Shown here in pieces: positions 20,314-29,962 of a DNA stretch of 60,849 nucleotides. Origin of the DNA: a bacterium (GTDB taxonomy: Bacteria > Patescibacteriota > Patescibacteriia > Patescibacteriales > UBA12465); the NCBI GenBank assembly GCA_035388665.1, contig DAOOQF010000001.1:1-60849 (forward strand). Reading direction: 5' to 3'. The notes below the pieces were generated by a model. It did no database searches and had not been told where the DNA came from. It saw only the letters and a program-made list of their open reading frames with translations. The position numbers and the translations under genes are program-made. Within the stretch, counting starts at the first letter, position 1; the number at the start of each line of letters is the position of its first letter.

Positions 20314-20332
20314 AAAACGTCAAAAACGTTTT
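20314..20332 (-). terminator. Weak A/T-rich hairpin plus T-run downstream of tRNA-Thr
   Basis: Read on the minus strand: AAAACGT-TTTTG-ACGTTTT followed by TTTGTTTGG. Only two G:C pairs. Confidence 0.3.
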
Positions 20333-20338
20333 CTTATG

Positions 20339-20412
20339 AGCCGCCTGTCGGGTTCGAACCGACGACCTACTGTTTACAAGACAGTCGCTCTGGCCAACTG
20401 AGCTAAGGCGGC
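20339..20412 (-). tRNA. tRNA-Thr (anticodon UGU)
   Basis: Reverse complement: GCCGCCT TA GCTC AGTTGGCC AGAGC G ACTGT CTTGTAA ACAGT AGGTC GTCGG TTCGAAC CCGAC AGGCGGC T. Full cloverleaf, anticodon TGT, no encoded CCA. Confidence 0.93.
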
Positions 20413-20426
20413 CAAAAATGTATAAG

Positions 20427-20499
20427 TGCGCCCAGCAGGATTTGAACCTGCGACCTTCTGCTTAAAAGGCAGCTGCTCTACCAACTGAGCTATGAGCGC
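20427..20499 (-). tRNA. tRNA-Lys (anticodon UUU)
   Basis: Reverse complement: GCGCTCA TA GCTC AGTTGGT AGAGC A GCTGC CTTTTAA GCAGA AGGTC GCAGG TTCAAAT CCTGC TGGGCGC A. Cloverleaf with one G:U in the acceptor stem and a 27:43 G-A mismatch. Anticodon TTT, no encoded CCA. Confidence 0.92.
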
Positions 20500-20547
20500 A
20501 AAAAACAAAACATAATCATAAAAACAAATGTATTTATGATTGTTTTT

Positions 20548-20576
20548 ATTATAAACAAAAAAAATATATTTGGCAA
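20548..20576 (-). promoter_or_regulatory. Sigma70-like promoter for the tRNA-Lys/tRNA-Thr unit
   Basis: Minus strand: TTGCCA, a 17-nt spacer, then TATAAT (perfect -10), about 49 nt upstream of the tRNA-Lys 5' end. Confidence 0.5.
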
Positions 20577-20636
20577 GACCAAAAAAATAAGGGGAAAAAC
20601 TATGAACAAAAAGTGAATTAATAATAAAAAACTAAC

Positions 20637-20665
20637 TTGAAAAATAAACTTAACTAAGATATTAT
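20637..20665 (+). promoter_or_regulatory. Sigma70-like promoter immediately upstream of dnaB (possible leaderless transcript)
   Basis: TTGAAA, a 17-nt spacer, then TATTAT. The -10 element ends 6 nt before the dnaB ATG at 20672, and there is no Shine-Dalgarno sequence in between. Confidence 0.4.
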
Positions 20666-20671
20666 ATAAAC

Positions 20672-22054
20672 ATGACTAAAAAAGAACAAAATTCAATCGG
20701 TAAATTACCACCTCAAAACATTGAGGCCGAACAATCTTTAATCGGTTGTTTATTATTAGATAAGGAGTCTATTTACAAAGTTAGCGATGTTATTAATGCC
20801 GAAGACTTTTATCATAATAGCCATAAAGAGATATTCCAGGCCATGGTCGATTTATTTGCCAACCAGGAACCAATTGATATTATAACCTTGTCCAACAAAT
20901 TGGAAGAAAAAAAATTAATAAAAGAAATTGGAGGACGAAGTTATCTAGCACAATTATCAAATACCGTAGCAACCTCGGCTAATACCGTTTACTATGCTAA
21001 TTTAATACAAAAAAAGGCTACTCTAAGAAGATTGCAGGTTTCAGCTAGTGAAATAATGGATTTAAGCTTTGACGAAGAAAGAGAAATAGATGAAGTATTG
21101 GATCAGGCAGAAAAGAAAATCTTTAGCGTTTCTAGAAAATACTTAAAAAATTCATTTTTAGGAATAGATAGCCTATTGTCTGAGGCCTTTGAAAGAATTG
21201 ATGAACTTCACAAAAGAAGTGGAAATTTACGAGGGCTTTCTACTGGTTTTTATGATTTAGACAACTTGTTGGCTGGTCTACAAAAATCAGATTTGATAAT
21301 ATTAGCGGCTCGTCCCAGTGTAGGAAAAACTTCTCTAGCCCTAGATTTGGCCCGACAAGCAGCTATTAAAAACAAAGCGGGAGTTGGGGTTTTTTCTTTA
21401 GAAATGAGTAAAGAACAATTGGTGGATAGAATGCTTTGTGCTCAAGCTAATGTTAATTTATGGAAGATGAGGACTGGAAACCTGTCGGATAAAGACGAAG
21501 ATAATGATTTCTCAAAGATAGCCGAGGCCATGGGCTTATTATCAGAAGCACCTATCTATATAGACGATTCTCCCAATGTTTCCGTTATGGAAATTAGGGC
21601 TAAATGTCGTCGTCTTCAATCAGAAAAAGGATTAGGACTAATTGTAATTGACTATCTTCAATTAATGGAAGGCCGAGGAAAATACAGCGATAATAGAGTT
21701 CAGGAGATATCAGAAATTAGTCGTGGATTAAAGGGAATCGCCAGGGAATTAAATATTCCAGTTTTAGCCCTAGCCCAATTATCCCGTGCCGCCGAACAAC
21801 AAACTGGAGCTTCCATTCCAAGGCTATCCCATCTAAGAGACTCTGGTTCTATCGAGCAAGACGCTGATGTAGTTATGTTTATATATAGAAAAGCAGCAGA
21901 TCGAGCTTTCAACGTTCAAGATTTATCAATGGAAGAGCGGTATAAGGCCGAAATTCACATAGCCAAACATCGTAATGGTCCAACCGGAAAAGTAGATTTA
22001 TTCTTTTCCGAGGAAACTGCTAGCTTTAAAAATATTAGTAAAAACCAAGATTAA
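20672..22054 (+). CDS. dnaB: Replicative DNA helicase DnaB
   Basis: LPPQNIEAEQSLIGCLLLD N-terminus, Walker A AARPSVGKTSLAL, Walker B LIVIDYLQLM, ALAQLSR, RDSGSIEQDADVVMFIYR. Confidence 0.96.
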   Translation: MTKKEQNSIGKLPPQNIEAEQSLIGCLLLDKESIYKVSDVINAEDFYHNSHKEIFQAMVDLFANQEPIDIITLSNKLEEKKLIKEIGGRSYLAQLSNTVATSANTVYYANLIQKKATLRRLQVSASEIMDLSFDEEREIDEVLDQAEKKIFSVSRKYLKNSFLGIDSLLSEAFERIDELHKRSGNLRGLSTGFYDLDNLLAGLQKSDLIILAARPSVGKTSLALDLARQAAIKNKAGVGVFSLEMSKEQLVDRMLCAQANVNLWKMRTGNLSDKDEDNDFSKIAEAMGLLSEAPIYIDDSPNVSVMEIRAKCRRLQSEKGLGLIVIDYLQLMEGRGKYSDNRVQEISEISRGLKGIARELNIPVLALAQLSRAAEQQTGASIPRLSHLRDSGSIEQDADVVMFIYRKAADRAFNVQDLSMEERYKAEIHIAKHRNGPTGKVDLFFSEETASFKNISKNQD

Positions 22055-22075
22055 AATAATAATTAAAATAAAACT

Positions 22076-22351
22076 ATGTTTAACAAATTAAAACAATTAA
22101 AAGATTTAAGAAGTCAAGCGAAAACAATGCAAGGAGCTTTATCAGAAGAAAAAGTAGAGCTGGAAAAAAATGGCATTAAAATGACCATGAATGGCAATAT
22201 GGAGGTCCTAAGTCTAACCATTAACACCGACTCCAGTAAAGAAGAAATTGCTAAAAACTGTAAGGATATATTTAATGATGGAATTAAAAAAACCCAAAGA
22301 TTAATGGCCAAAAAAATGCAAGAAATGGGTGGCTTTCCTGGATTAAACTAA
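22076..22351 (+). CDS. YbaB/EbfC-family nucleoid-associated protein
   Basis: 91 aa, QAKTMQGAL...V.....G....MNG...V.SL.I pattern, conserved position directly upstream of recR. Confidence 0.8.
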   Translation: MFNKLKQLKDLRSQAKTMQGALSEEKVELEKNGIKMTMNGNMEVLSLTINTDSSKEEIAKNCKDIFNDGIKKTQRLMAKKMQEMGGFPGLN

Positions 22352-22358
22352 AAAAATC

Positions 22359-22973
22359 GTGGAATATCCAAAATCAATCGAAAACTTAATAAAACAATTC
22401 TCTTCCCTGCCGACGGTTGGGCGTAAGACGGCCGAGCGCTATGTTTTTCATTTATTAAAACAAAAACCTAACCAAATAAAACTTTTTTCTAAATATTTAA
22501 TTGAAATTATTGATGGTTTTGCTTTTTGTCAGAACTGCCTATCTCCTTCCGAAAAAAACCCCTGTGAAATATGCTCCGATATTAAAAGGAGAGATGATTT
22601 AATTTGTTTAGTAGCTAATTTTCAAGATCTTTTAGCCATAGAAAATACTAAATTATATAATGGAAAATATTTTATATTAGGAGGGCTAATAAATTCGGTT
22701 GAAGAAACTGGTCCAGAAAACTTAAATATTAAACAATTAGTAAAAGAAATTAACTCTAAATTAAAAAGAAATCAAAAAATTGAAGTAATTCTAGCTCTTA
22801 GTCCAACCATGGAAGGAGAATCTACTTCTTTATATTTACAAAATTTATTAAAAAATTCTAAGATAAAAATAACTAAATTAGCCAGAGGGTTATCAACTGG
22901 AATAAGCTTGGAATATGCCGACGAAAACACTCTAGCCAACGCTTTAAAATTTAGAGGAATTATTCAAAATTAA
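22359..22973 (+). CDS. recR: Recombination protein RecR (GTG start)
   Basis: HhH LPTVGRKTAERYVFHLL, C4 zinc finger CQNC...CEIC, Toprim segment ICLVANFQDLLAIE. Confidence 0.92.
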   Translation: MEYPKSIENLIKQFSSLPTVGRKTAERYVFHLLKQKPNQIKLFSKYLIEIIDGFAFCQNCLSPSEKNPCEICSDIKRRDDLICLVANFQDLLAIENTKLYNGKYFILGGLINSVEETGPENLNIKQLVKEINSKLKRNQKIEVILALSPTMEGESTSLYLQNLLKNSKIKITKLARGLSTGISLEYADENTLANALKFRGIIQN

Positions 22974-22980
22974 GAACAAT

Positions 22981-23011
22981 AAAAAAGAAGCTCGACTGGA
23001 GCTTCTTTTTT
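22981..23011. terminator. Bidirectional intrinsic terminator between convergent recR and rplU
   Basis: AAAAAA-GAAGCTC-GACTG-GAGCTTC-TTTTTT: a 7-bp stem flanked by an A-run and a T-run. Confidence 0.7.
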
Positions 23012-23019
23012 ATTTATAA

Positions 23020-23334
23020 TTAAGAAATTTTGTTTATCTTAACTTGACTAAATTCCTGACGATGACCAATACTTCTCTTATATCTAGTTTTATTTTTGTA
23101 TTTTACTACCAAAATTTTTTTCCCTTGACCATTTGTCATTAATTCTGCTTCAACTTTTTCTCCCAAAGAAGGAGCGCCCAAATCCAATGAACTTCCATCA
23201 GTTTCGGCTGTCATCAAAGTCTCAAATTTAATTTTTTCCCCTGGCTCAACTGAAAGCTTTTCTACCTTTAAAACATCGCCCTCTTTAACCTTGTATTGCT
23301 TTCCGCCAGTTTTAATTACTGCAATTTTTGCCAT
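23020..23334 (-). CDS. rplU: 50S ribosomal protein L21
   Basis: MAKIAVIKTGGKQYKVKEGDVLKVEKL... and HRQEFSQVKI, the canonical bL21 pattern. No rpmA follows it. Confidence 0.93.
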   Translation of the reverse strand: MAKIAVIKTGGKQYKVKEGDVLKVEKLSVEPGEKIKFETLMTAETDGSSLDLGAPSLGEKVEAELMTNGQGKKILVVKYKNKTRYKRSIGHRQEFSQVKINKIS

Positions 23335-23400
23335 ATTTTTTTTATTATTTTATATTTTAATAATCATATAATACCAAATAATCCATAATTGTCAAGAAAA

Positions 23401-24660
23401 TTAATCAACTCTAACAATATCAGCCCCTAACCTCCTCAAACGCTCATCAAGTTTTTCATAGCCTCTATCAATTTGATAAATATTATCAATCTCAGTATCC
23501 CCCTTGGCTATTAGGGCGGCTATAACCAAAGCGATGCCGGCTCTAATATCGGGACTAATCAATTTTTTGCCATATAATTTACTTGGGCCGGAAACAAGAA
23601 CCCGATGAGGATCACACATAGTGACATTAGCTCCCATTTGAGATAACATATCGGTCCAAATTAAACGTCTGTCGTAAATAGTTTCATGAATTAGAGAATT
23701 TCCCTTAACTTGAGTCATTAAGACTAGATAAGGCGACTGTAGGTCAGTTGGAAAACCTGGATATTCATGGGTTTGAATATTATATGGCCTTAAATTATTG
23801 CTTTTTTTCATTTTTAACCAATTTTTACCAACCTCAAAATTAACTCCAATTTTTTTAAAAATAGTCAATAAAACCTCTATGTTAGCAGGATCACAATCTT
23901 TTATAGTTATCTCAGAATTTGTAGCTGCTGCCATAATAGCAAAGGATCCTGTCTCTATTCTGTCCGGCATTATTCTAATACCCCCTCCTTTAATACTTTT
24001 AACTCCTATAATAGTTATATTAGGAGTCCCAGCTCCACTAATTTTAGCACCACATTTATTTAAATAGTCAGCTAAATATTTTATTTCTGGCTCCATGGCA
24101 CAATTCTTTAAAATAGTTTTACCCTCGGCTAAACAGGCCGTCATCATTAAGCTTTCAGTAACAGTAACCGAAACCTTAGAAAAGAAAAACTCACAACCTT
24201 TTAATTTCTTGGCCTTTATATAGTAAAAACGATCTTCCATTTTTATCTCGGCTCCCAGAGCTTTAAAACCATCTAAAAACAAATCAATCGGTCGACCGCC
24301 GGCCCCGATAACGCAACCTCCGGGATGAGGAAAACGCACCTCTTTAAATCTGGCCAATAAGGGACCAACAAACATTACCGAAGTCCTAAATTTGTCGGCC
24401 AACTTAGCTGGCAAATCAGTTGTTTTTGGCTTTTTAGCTTCAATTACATAATTGCTACCCTCTTTTTTAACTGAAAAACCTAATTCTGATATCAATTGTA
24501 AAGATTTTCCAATATCCTCAATCTGCGGCAAATTACTAATTTTCATCGGCTCAGATGATAAAATAGCGGCCGGAATGACTTTTAGGGCTAAATTTTTTGC
24601 ACCCTTAACCCTTATTTCTCCAGACAATTTTTTTTGACCTTTAATTATAAATTTTGACAT
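23401..24660 (-). CDS. murA: UDP-N-acetylglucosamine 1-carboxyvinyltransferase MurA
   Basis: KLSGEIRVKGAKNLALKVIPAAIL, active-site loop PGGCVIGAGGRPIDL (Cys), C-terminal RGYEKLDERLRRLGA. Confidence 0.95.
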   Translation of the reverse strand: MSKFIIKGQKKLSGEIRVKGAKNLALKVIPAAILSSEPMKISNLPQIEDIGKSLQLISELGFSVKKEGSNYVIEAKKPKTTDLPAKLADKFRTSVMFVGPLLARFKEVRFPHPGGCVIGAGGRPIDLFLDGFKALGAEIKMEDRFYYIKAKKLKGCEFFFSKVSVTVTESLMMTACLAEGKTILKNCAMEPEIKYLADYLNKCGAKISGAGTPNITIIGVKSIKGGGIRIMPDRIETGSFAIMAAATNSEITIKDCDPANIEVLLTIFKKIGVNFEVGKNWLKMKKSNNLRPYNIQTHEYPGFPTDLQSPYLVLMTQVKGNSLIHETIYDRRLIWTDMLSQMGANVTMCDPHRVLVSGPSKLYGKKLISPDIRAGIALVIAALIAKGDTEIDNIYQIDRGYEKLDERLRRLGADIVRVD

Positions 24661-24682
24661 AAAAATATTTTAAATAATAAAA

Positions 24683-26011
24683 TTATTGAACAAATAACCT
24701 AAAGAGACCCTCCTGCCCCTCTCTTATACCAGAAAAATATAGAACACTATTGCTTTTATCCAAAACTATATTAGAAACACTTTCCAAAGAAACAATTTTA
24801 ATAAAGTATTTATCATATTTTAGATCTAAAATTACAATATCTTTTTCAGTAGAATATATTACATAATTTTTGGGATGCCAAGTCAGACTTTTGATCGATT
24901 CTTCAAATCTTCCCAACAAAAACTTTTCTGCCAAAACCGAATTAAAGGAATAGATCTCAAAATCAGAAAAATAAATAAAATTATTAGCGTCAATAAAATC
25001 AAAACCTTTAACATTATTAACTACCGACCAATAGGAATTAAACTTAGAAGAAGTATTAATGATATAAAAATTTTTAAAATCTTCGTTATAGATATAAACA
25101 AAGGCTGAAATTCCTGGGTTTATTATTTGATATTTTTCTGATGCTGGTAACTCTATTTCTCTGATTAGATCCTTATTTTTATAAGAATAAATTTGAAAAG
25201 AAGACTTATCTTTTTCCTTTGTTATCAGAAAATAAAAGCCATTATAAAAATCGTAATCAATAATATTATCTAAAGAAAAAATTGCCTCCTGTCTTTCTGA
25301 ATATAAATTATATTTTTGCAAACCATTATCAATAAAGAATAAATTATCACCCTTTATTTTTGGTTGAATTAATTTCTCGCCCTCAGAAGGAGATAGGTTT
25401 GTATATTCATTCTTGAAATAATCAAAGATCAAGGAATCATTTAGCAAGGCTCTCTTTGAATCTAAAAAGCCCAAACTATCAACTCCCTCTCCTAAATAAA
25501 TTTCTTGACCAGATTTTAAATCTACTAGCCTTTTGTCGCTCTCTAAGATAATTTTTTGCGCTCCGTAATTAAATTTAATATTTTGAAATGCTGAATTAAA
25601 AAAACTAACTGGCAAGTCCTTTTTAAACAAAACAACATCCTCCATATAAGTGGATTGTCCAGGATTTATATAAAATTTTTGTTGCCAAGGCCAATACCCA
25701 TCCAAGCTCAAAGTTAGCATATACTCCCCAGGCAATAGGTTTTTTATTTTATAGGGTGTTCTTATTTTTTTATTTTTATTAACTTCATCATCAAAAAAAA
25801 GACCTTTTGACTGCCTAGTTATAAACACATTGGCTCCTTTTGGCGAAGAATCAACTGCCAATATTCCGGTCTTTTGAATCAAGGCCTGACCCTTTACAAT
25901 ACTATAAAAAGATATTTTATAACCCGAGGCATACAAAGAAAAAATCGTCGTCAATATCACAAAAACGATAAAAAAAACAAAAAACAAAAAATTTCTAAAA
26001 CGATAAGACAT
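24683..26011 (-). CDS. Membrane-anchored PEGA-domain protein with beta-rich C-terminal region
   Basis: N-terminal TM. PEGA-like segment SSPKGANVFI...LLPGEYMLTLSLDGYWPW. The remaining roughly 300 aa are rich in short aromatic beta-strand-like repeats. Function unknown. Confidence 0.6.
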   Translation of the reverse strand: MSYRFRNFLFFVFFIVFVILTTIFSLYASGYKISFYSIVKGQALIQKTGILAVDSSPKGANVFITRQSKGLFFDDEVNKNKKIRTPYKIKNLLPGEYMLTLSLDGYWPWQQKFYINPGQSTYMEDVVLFKKDLPVSFFNSAFQNIKFNYGAQKIILESDKRLVDLKSGQEIYLGEGVDSLGFLDSKRALLNDSLIFDYFKNEYTNLSPSEGEKLIQPKIKGDNLFFIDNGLQKYNLYSERQEAIFSLDNIIDYDFYNGFYFLITKEKDKSSFQIYSYKNKDLIREIELPASEKYQIINPGISAFVYIYNEDFKNFYIINTSSKFNSYWSVVNNVKGFDFIDANNFIYFSDFEIYSFNSVLAEKFLLGRFEESIKSLTWHPKNYVIYSTEKDIVILDLKYDKYFIKIVSLESVSNIVLDKSNSVLYFSGIREGQEGLFRLFVQ

Positions 26012-26017
26012 ATATTA

Positions 26018-26902
26018 TTAAAAAGTAGAAGATAAATCACTAATAAATTTTTTTAAGTCGTCCCTGATTTCTCCATCCTTAATTCCAAATTTCAAAGTAG
26101 CTTTGATGAAATTCAGTTTATTTCCAGTATCAAGCCACTCCCCCTCAATTTTTTTACCATACAAAGGACGATTATTCTCTAACATCAAATCAAAGGCATC
26201 GGCCAAGCGAATCTCTCCAGACTTACCACCCTTCATGTCTTTCAGAGTTGAAAAAATTTCTGGAGTTATAATATATAATCCCACCGCCGCTAAATTGGAT
26301 GGAGCTTTATCAATATCCGGCTTTTCCACAAATTTTTTAATTTCATAGTCCCCATTTCCCAAATCTAGACCATCAATAACACCAAATTTATTTACCTCAT
26401 TTTTATCAACTTCAGATAATCCAATGACTGGGTCCTGATAACGATTATATAAATCAATAATTTGTTTTACCGGAGAAACTGGAGCATCATATAAAGTGTC
26501 ACCAAACATAATAAGGACTGGCTCATCAAAAACTAAATGAGAGGCACAATTAATAGCATGACCATCTCCCAAGGGAATTGCTTGGCGGACATAAGAGAAT
26601 TTAGCCAAAGAATCTATTTGTTTAATCTTGGCCAACAAATCTGTTTTATTTTTTTCAACTAAAGTATGCTCTAGCTCAAAAGAAAAATCAAAATGATCCT
26701 CAATAGCTCTTTTACCCCTACCGGTAACAAAAATAATTTCTTCTATTCCGGCGGCAACAGCATCCTCTACCAAATATTGGATAACTGGCTTATCAACTAC
26801 CGGAAGCATTTCCTTAGGTTGAGCTTTGGTGGCCGGCAAAAATCTAGTTCCGAAACCAGCTACGGGCATAATCGCTTTTCTTATTTTTTTGACATTATTC
26901 AT
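26018..26902 (-). CDS. galU: UTP--glucose-1-phosphate uridylyltransferase GalU
   Basis: KAIMPVAGFGTRFLPATKAQPKEMLPVVDKPVIQYLVEDA and VEKP, the canonical GalU pattern. Confidence 0.93.
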   Translation of the reverse strand: MNNVKKIRKAIMPVAGFGTRFLPATKAQPKEMLPVVDKPVIQYLVEDAVAAGIEEIIFVTGRGKRAIEDHFDFSFELEHTLVEKNKTDLLAKIKQIDSLAKFSYVRQAIPLGDGHAINCASHLVFDEPVLIMFGDTLYDAPVSPVKQIIDLYNRYQDPVIGLSEVDKNEVNKFGVIDGLDLGNGDYEIKKFVEKPDIDKAPSNLAAVGLYIITPEIFSTLKDMKGGKSGEIRLADAFDLMLENNRPLYGKKIEGEWLDTGNKLNFIKATLKFGIKDGEIRDDLKKFISDLSSTF

Positions 26903-26932
26903 ATTTTTAGAATTATCTTAAAATTAATTAAA

Positions 26933-27712
26933 TTATTTTCTAATTCCCCATTTTTTAAAATATTTAAACCATGATTTAATATGTTCTTGAGCTAGCTTAT
27001 CCTTAAAAATTGAAAAATACCAAGGATGTTTAGCGCTCTCTCTGGCGTGATGATGAATAACTTCCGCTCTAGGATTATAGACAACTTTTTTATCAACTTT
27101 CCAGGCTCGACGACAAACGTCAATGTCCTCAAAATACATAAAGAATCTTTCATCAAAACCCTCAAACCCCTCTTTCCTAATCATTAAACAGGAGCCCATT
27201 AACCAATCCACCTCCTTTATTATATCATGAGAAAAGTCTTTCATCAAAAACCAATCCAAATGTTTTTTAAAAAATCTACCCAAAAATGTTCTTCTAAATA
27301 TCGGGGTCCAAGGACGAGGGAAATAAGAACAAGATAATTGCAGACTTGAATCAACATTTAAAAGCTTTGGTCCGACAATATAAACATCAGGATTATTTCG
27401 AATATAGTCTAGCAGAATTTTAATAGAGTCCTTTTTTAAGATTGTATCAGGATTTAGAATTAAAACGAAGTCCCCCTGAGAAATTCTTATCCCTAAATTA
27501 TTTCCGCCCCCCATTCCTAAATTTTTATCACTCTCTACTAGTTTAAAATTAAGAATCTCTCTTTGCAAGTCTTTTAAATTATCTCCAGAATTATTTTCTA
27601 TAACAATAACCTCGGAAGATATGTCTTTCAAATCTGAGTTAGCAATAGATTCTAAACAAGCTCTAAGCTTTTCTTTGGACTTATAATTAACAATAACAAT
27701 TGAGATATCCAT
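26933..27712 (-). CDS. Family 2 glycosyltransferase
   Basis: ISIVIVNYKS, NNSGDN, DxD-like LNPDT, YFEDIDVC(R) motif typical of the rhamnosyl/GT2 'WbbL-like' group. Confidence 0.85.
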   Translation of the reverse strand: MDISIVIVNYKSKEKLRACLESIANSDLKDISSEVIVIENNSGDNLKDLQREILNFKLVESDKNLGMGGGNNLGIRISQGDFVLILNPDTILKKDSIKILLDYIRNNPDVYIVGPKLLNVDSSLQLSCSYFPRPWTPIFRRTFLGRFFKKHLDWFLMKDFSHDIIKEVDWLMGSCLMIRKEGFEGFDERFFMYFEDIDVCRRAWKVDKKVVYNPRAEVIHHHARESAKHPWYFSIFKDKLAQEHIKSWFKYFKKWGIRK

Positions 27713-27724
27713 ATAATTTATAAA

Positions 27725-28792
27725 TTAAAACCTAAACATCTTAATAACAAACTTTATAATAATAAAATAAAATTCAAAAAAATAATTACCTATTTTTAAA
27801 GCCGAGCTCTCAATCTCTTGATAAAAAATTTTACCAGAGATTTTATCAATTAATTCAAAGTCTTTAATTTTTCTACTCATCTGAATTTTTTTTCTTTCCT
27901 TTATAATCCTATTAACATGAAAAGGATTAAAAAAGTATAACCAAACAGAGATCTTTTTAAGAAACCATCCACTCTTTAGAGAAAAATAAATATGCCCCAA
28001 CTCCATCAACAAAAAGGCCGGAAAAATTAAAAATAATGTCGGTAAGCTATAATTCTTTAATATGGTTATAATTCTATTTCTATCCATATAATAATATTTG
28101 GAAATAGAACGACTAAATTCATATTTATGATAGACTACCGAATTTTTTGCCAAAACGCAACGATAACCAGATAACCAGGCCCTCCACCCTAAGTCCTGAT
28201 CTTCGTTATACATAAAATAACTTTCGTCGAAAAGACCAATTTTATTTAAGACTTCAGATTTGAAAAGAACGGCCGCTCCAGAAGGATAATGAATGTTCAT
28301 GTTATCCATATTAACGGAGTCTATAAATTTCTCCCTATAATTATTACAATAGCCAAAGCCCAAAAAATGAGTATTATTTCCTAGGCTATTTATCAAATCC
28401 TTCTCTGGCCATAGCATCAGGCGAGACTGAACCACGCCAATATTTACATCGGAATCAGCTACTCTTATTAATTCTGAAATAGCGTTTTCACTATCAATGG
28501 AAATATCCATATTCAACAAAACTATATATTCAGCTCCTTTCCCCAAGGCGACTCTAATTGCATCATTATTACCTTTAGCAAAGCCATCATTAGTCAAATT
28601 ACATATAATATTGGCTTCGGGAGCCTGATTAGACAAAAAATTAAAAGATTCTTTTCCGCTTGAATTATCAACTATATATAAATCAATTTTATCAAAACAA
28701 TTTTGTTTTCTTATTCCAACTAAACAATCAGCTAAATATTTATGAGCGTAATCCTTATAGTTTATTAAAATAATTGCTATTCTCTTATTCAT
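27725..28792 (-). CDS. Family 2 glycosyltransferase with C-terminal membrane segment
   Basis: IAIILINYKD, VDNSS, NDGFAKGNN, LLNMD, YNEDQDLGWR. Hydrophobic C-terminal third. Confidence 0.85.
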   Translation of the reverse strand: MNKRIAIILINYKDYAHKYLADCLVGIRKQNCFDKIDLYIVDNSSGKESFNFLSNQAPEANIICNLTNDGFAKGNNDAIRVALGKGAEYIVLLNMDISIDSENAISELIRVADSDVNIGVVQSRLMLWPEKDLINSLGNNTHFLGFGYCNNYREKFIDSVNMDNMNIHYPSGAAVLFKSEVLNKIGLFDESYFMYNEDQDLGWRAWLSGYRCVLAKNSVVYHKYEFSRSISKYYYMDRNRIITILKNYSLPTLFLIFPAFLLMELGHIYFSLKSGWFLKKISVWLYFFNPFHVNRIIKERKKIQMSRKIKDFELIDKISGKIFYQEIESSALKIGNYFFEFYFIIIKFVIKMFRF

Positions 28793-28799
28793 TCCAATT

Positions 28800-29663
28800 T
28801 TATTTAATTTTAGACAAAGGGAAGAAAAATATCGCTAAGGCTTTCCCTAGCGGCCAAAAAAATTTCAATACATAGTATTGCCAAGAGGGGTGCCATTTTT
28901 TAAAATATTTTAACATGGAATCACAAAAGTATTTTTGAGCTCGGCCCTTTTTTAACAATGAGAAACTTTGGCCCACATAATCTAAGCAGAAGGCTTGAGG
29001 GTTATACCAAACCTCTCCCCCCATTTTATAAACCTGACGGCAAAAGTCAACCTCTTCAAACCAAACAAAATATCTTTCATCTAATAAAGGTAATCTTAAT
29101 CCGCTAATTTGTTGAAAAGATTTTTTATTGATTAGAAAAAAAGAACCTCTAACTGAATCAACTTTTTGGGCAGAATTATAATCAAAGTCAGAATTTAAAT
29201 AAGAGCTGACTACCCGAGGAAGAACATGAGGAAGCTTTAAAACAATCGCTAACTGATCTATCAGTTTAGGAAATCGCCTGACATGCTTAATCGTTTTATT
29301 TTCGCTGTCAACTAGCAAACAACTAGAAACTACGGCCTGTTTATTTTTTTTAGCAAATATCAAGGAGTCTATTAAGGTTTCCGAAAAAACCTGCATATCG
29401 GGATTCAACAGTAAAATAAAGTCACCATTTGATTTATTAATTCCCAGATTATTAGCCTTAGCAAACCCGAGATTCTGATCATTCTCTATCAGTTTAACTT
29501 GCGGAAAAAATTCTTTCACCATTTCTGTCGAACCATCAATAGAGGCATTGTCAACCACAAAAACTTCAAAAGAAAAATCTCCTTGTGAGGCAAACAAGGT
29601 TTCTAGATTTTTTTTTAATTTTTCCTTTACATTATAAGAAACAATAATTATTGATAAGTCCAT
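28800..29663 (-). CDS. Family 2 glycosyltransferase
   Basis: LSIIIVSYN, VDNASIDGS, NLGFAKANN, LLNPD, WFEEVDFC. Confidence 0.85.
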   Translation of the reverse strand: MDLSIIIVSYNVKEKLKKNLETLFASQGDFSFEVFVVDNASIDGSTEMVKEFFPQVKLIENDQNLGFAKANNLGINKSNGDFILLLNPDMQVFSETLIDSLIFAKKNKQAVVSSCLLVDSENKTIKHVRRFPKLIDQLAIVLKLPHVLPRVVSSYLNSDFDYNSAQKVDSVRGSFFLINKKSFQQISGLRLPLLDERYFVWFEEVDFCRQVYKMGGEVWYNPQAFCLDYVGQSFSLLKKGRAQKYFCDSMLKYFKKWHPSWQYYVLKFFWPLGKALAIFFFPLSKIK

Positions 29664-29668
29664 ACAAG

Positions 29669-29956
29669 TTATTTTAATATTTTTATTAATTTTAAGCGAT
29701 CACTAGAGCCGCTAATAATAGAAACTTTATCAGAAATTGTCGCGAACTCTTTAGACAAAAATTTAAGCAATTCTTTGTTCGCCTTATTTTTCTCAGCTGG
29801 GGCTGAAATGGCCACTGATAAAATCTCCACATCCCTCCCCTCAATATTATTTTTAACAAAACTCTTTAATTTATTGGACGCGGCTCCTGGGAAAATTTTA
29901 CACAACAAATATATTTGACCATCTTTTTCTAGTTTTTCTTTTTGACTTGTTAACAT
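29669..29956 (-). CDS. DUF167 (YggU-like) family protein
   Basis: 95 aa with PGA..N.L...........I..AP..NKAN.EL..FLSK.F......V.I.SG..DR.K, the pattern typical of DUF167. Confidence 0.7.
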   Translation of the reverse strand: MLTSQKEKLEKDGQIYLLCKIFPGAASNKLKSFVKNNIEGRDVEILSVAISAPAEKNKANKELLKFLSKEFATISDKVSIISGSSDRLKLIKILK

Positions 29957-29962
29957 ATCATT

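Noticed and set aside
20590-20616. Four-codon mini-ORF (MNKK*) with an AAGGGG Shine-Dalgarno-like sequence upstream of dnaB
   Set aside because: It is too short to evaluate and lies upstream of the better dnaB promoter candidate, so it would not be on the dnaB transcript. Probably chance. It is mentioned only within the intergenic-region finding.
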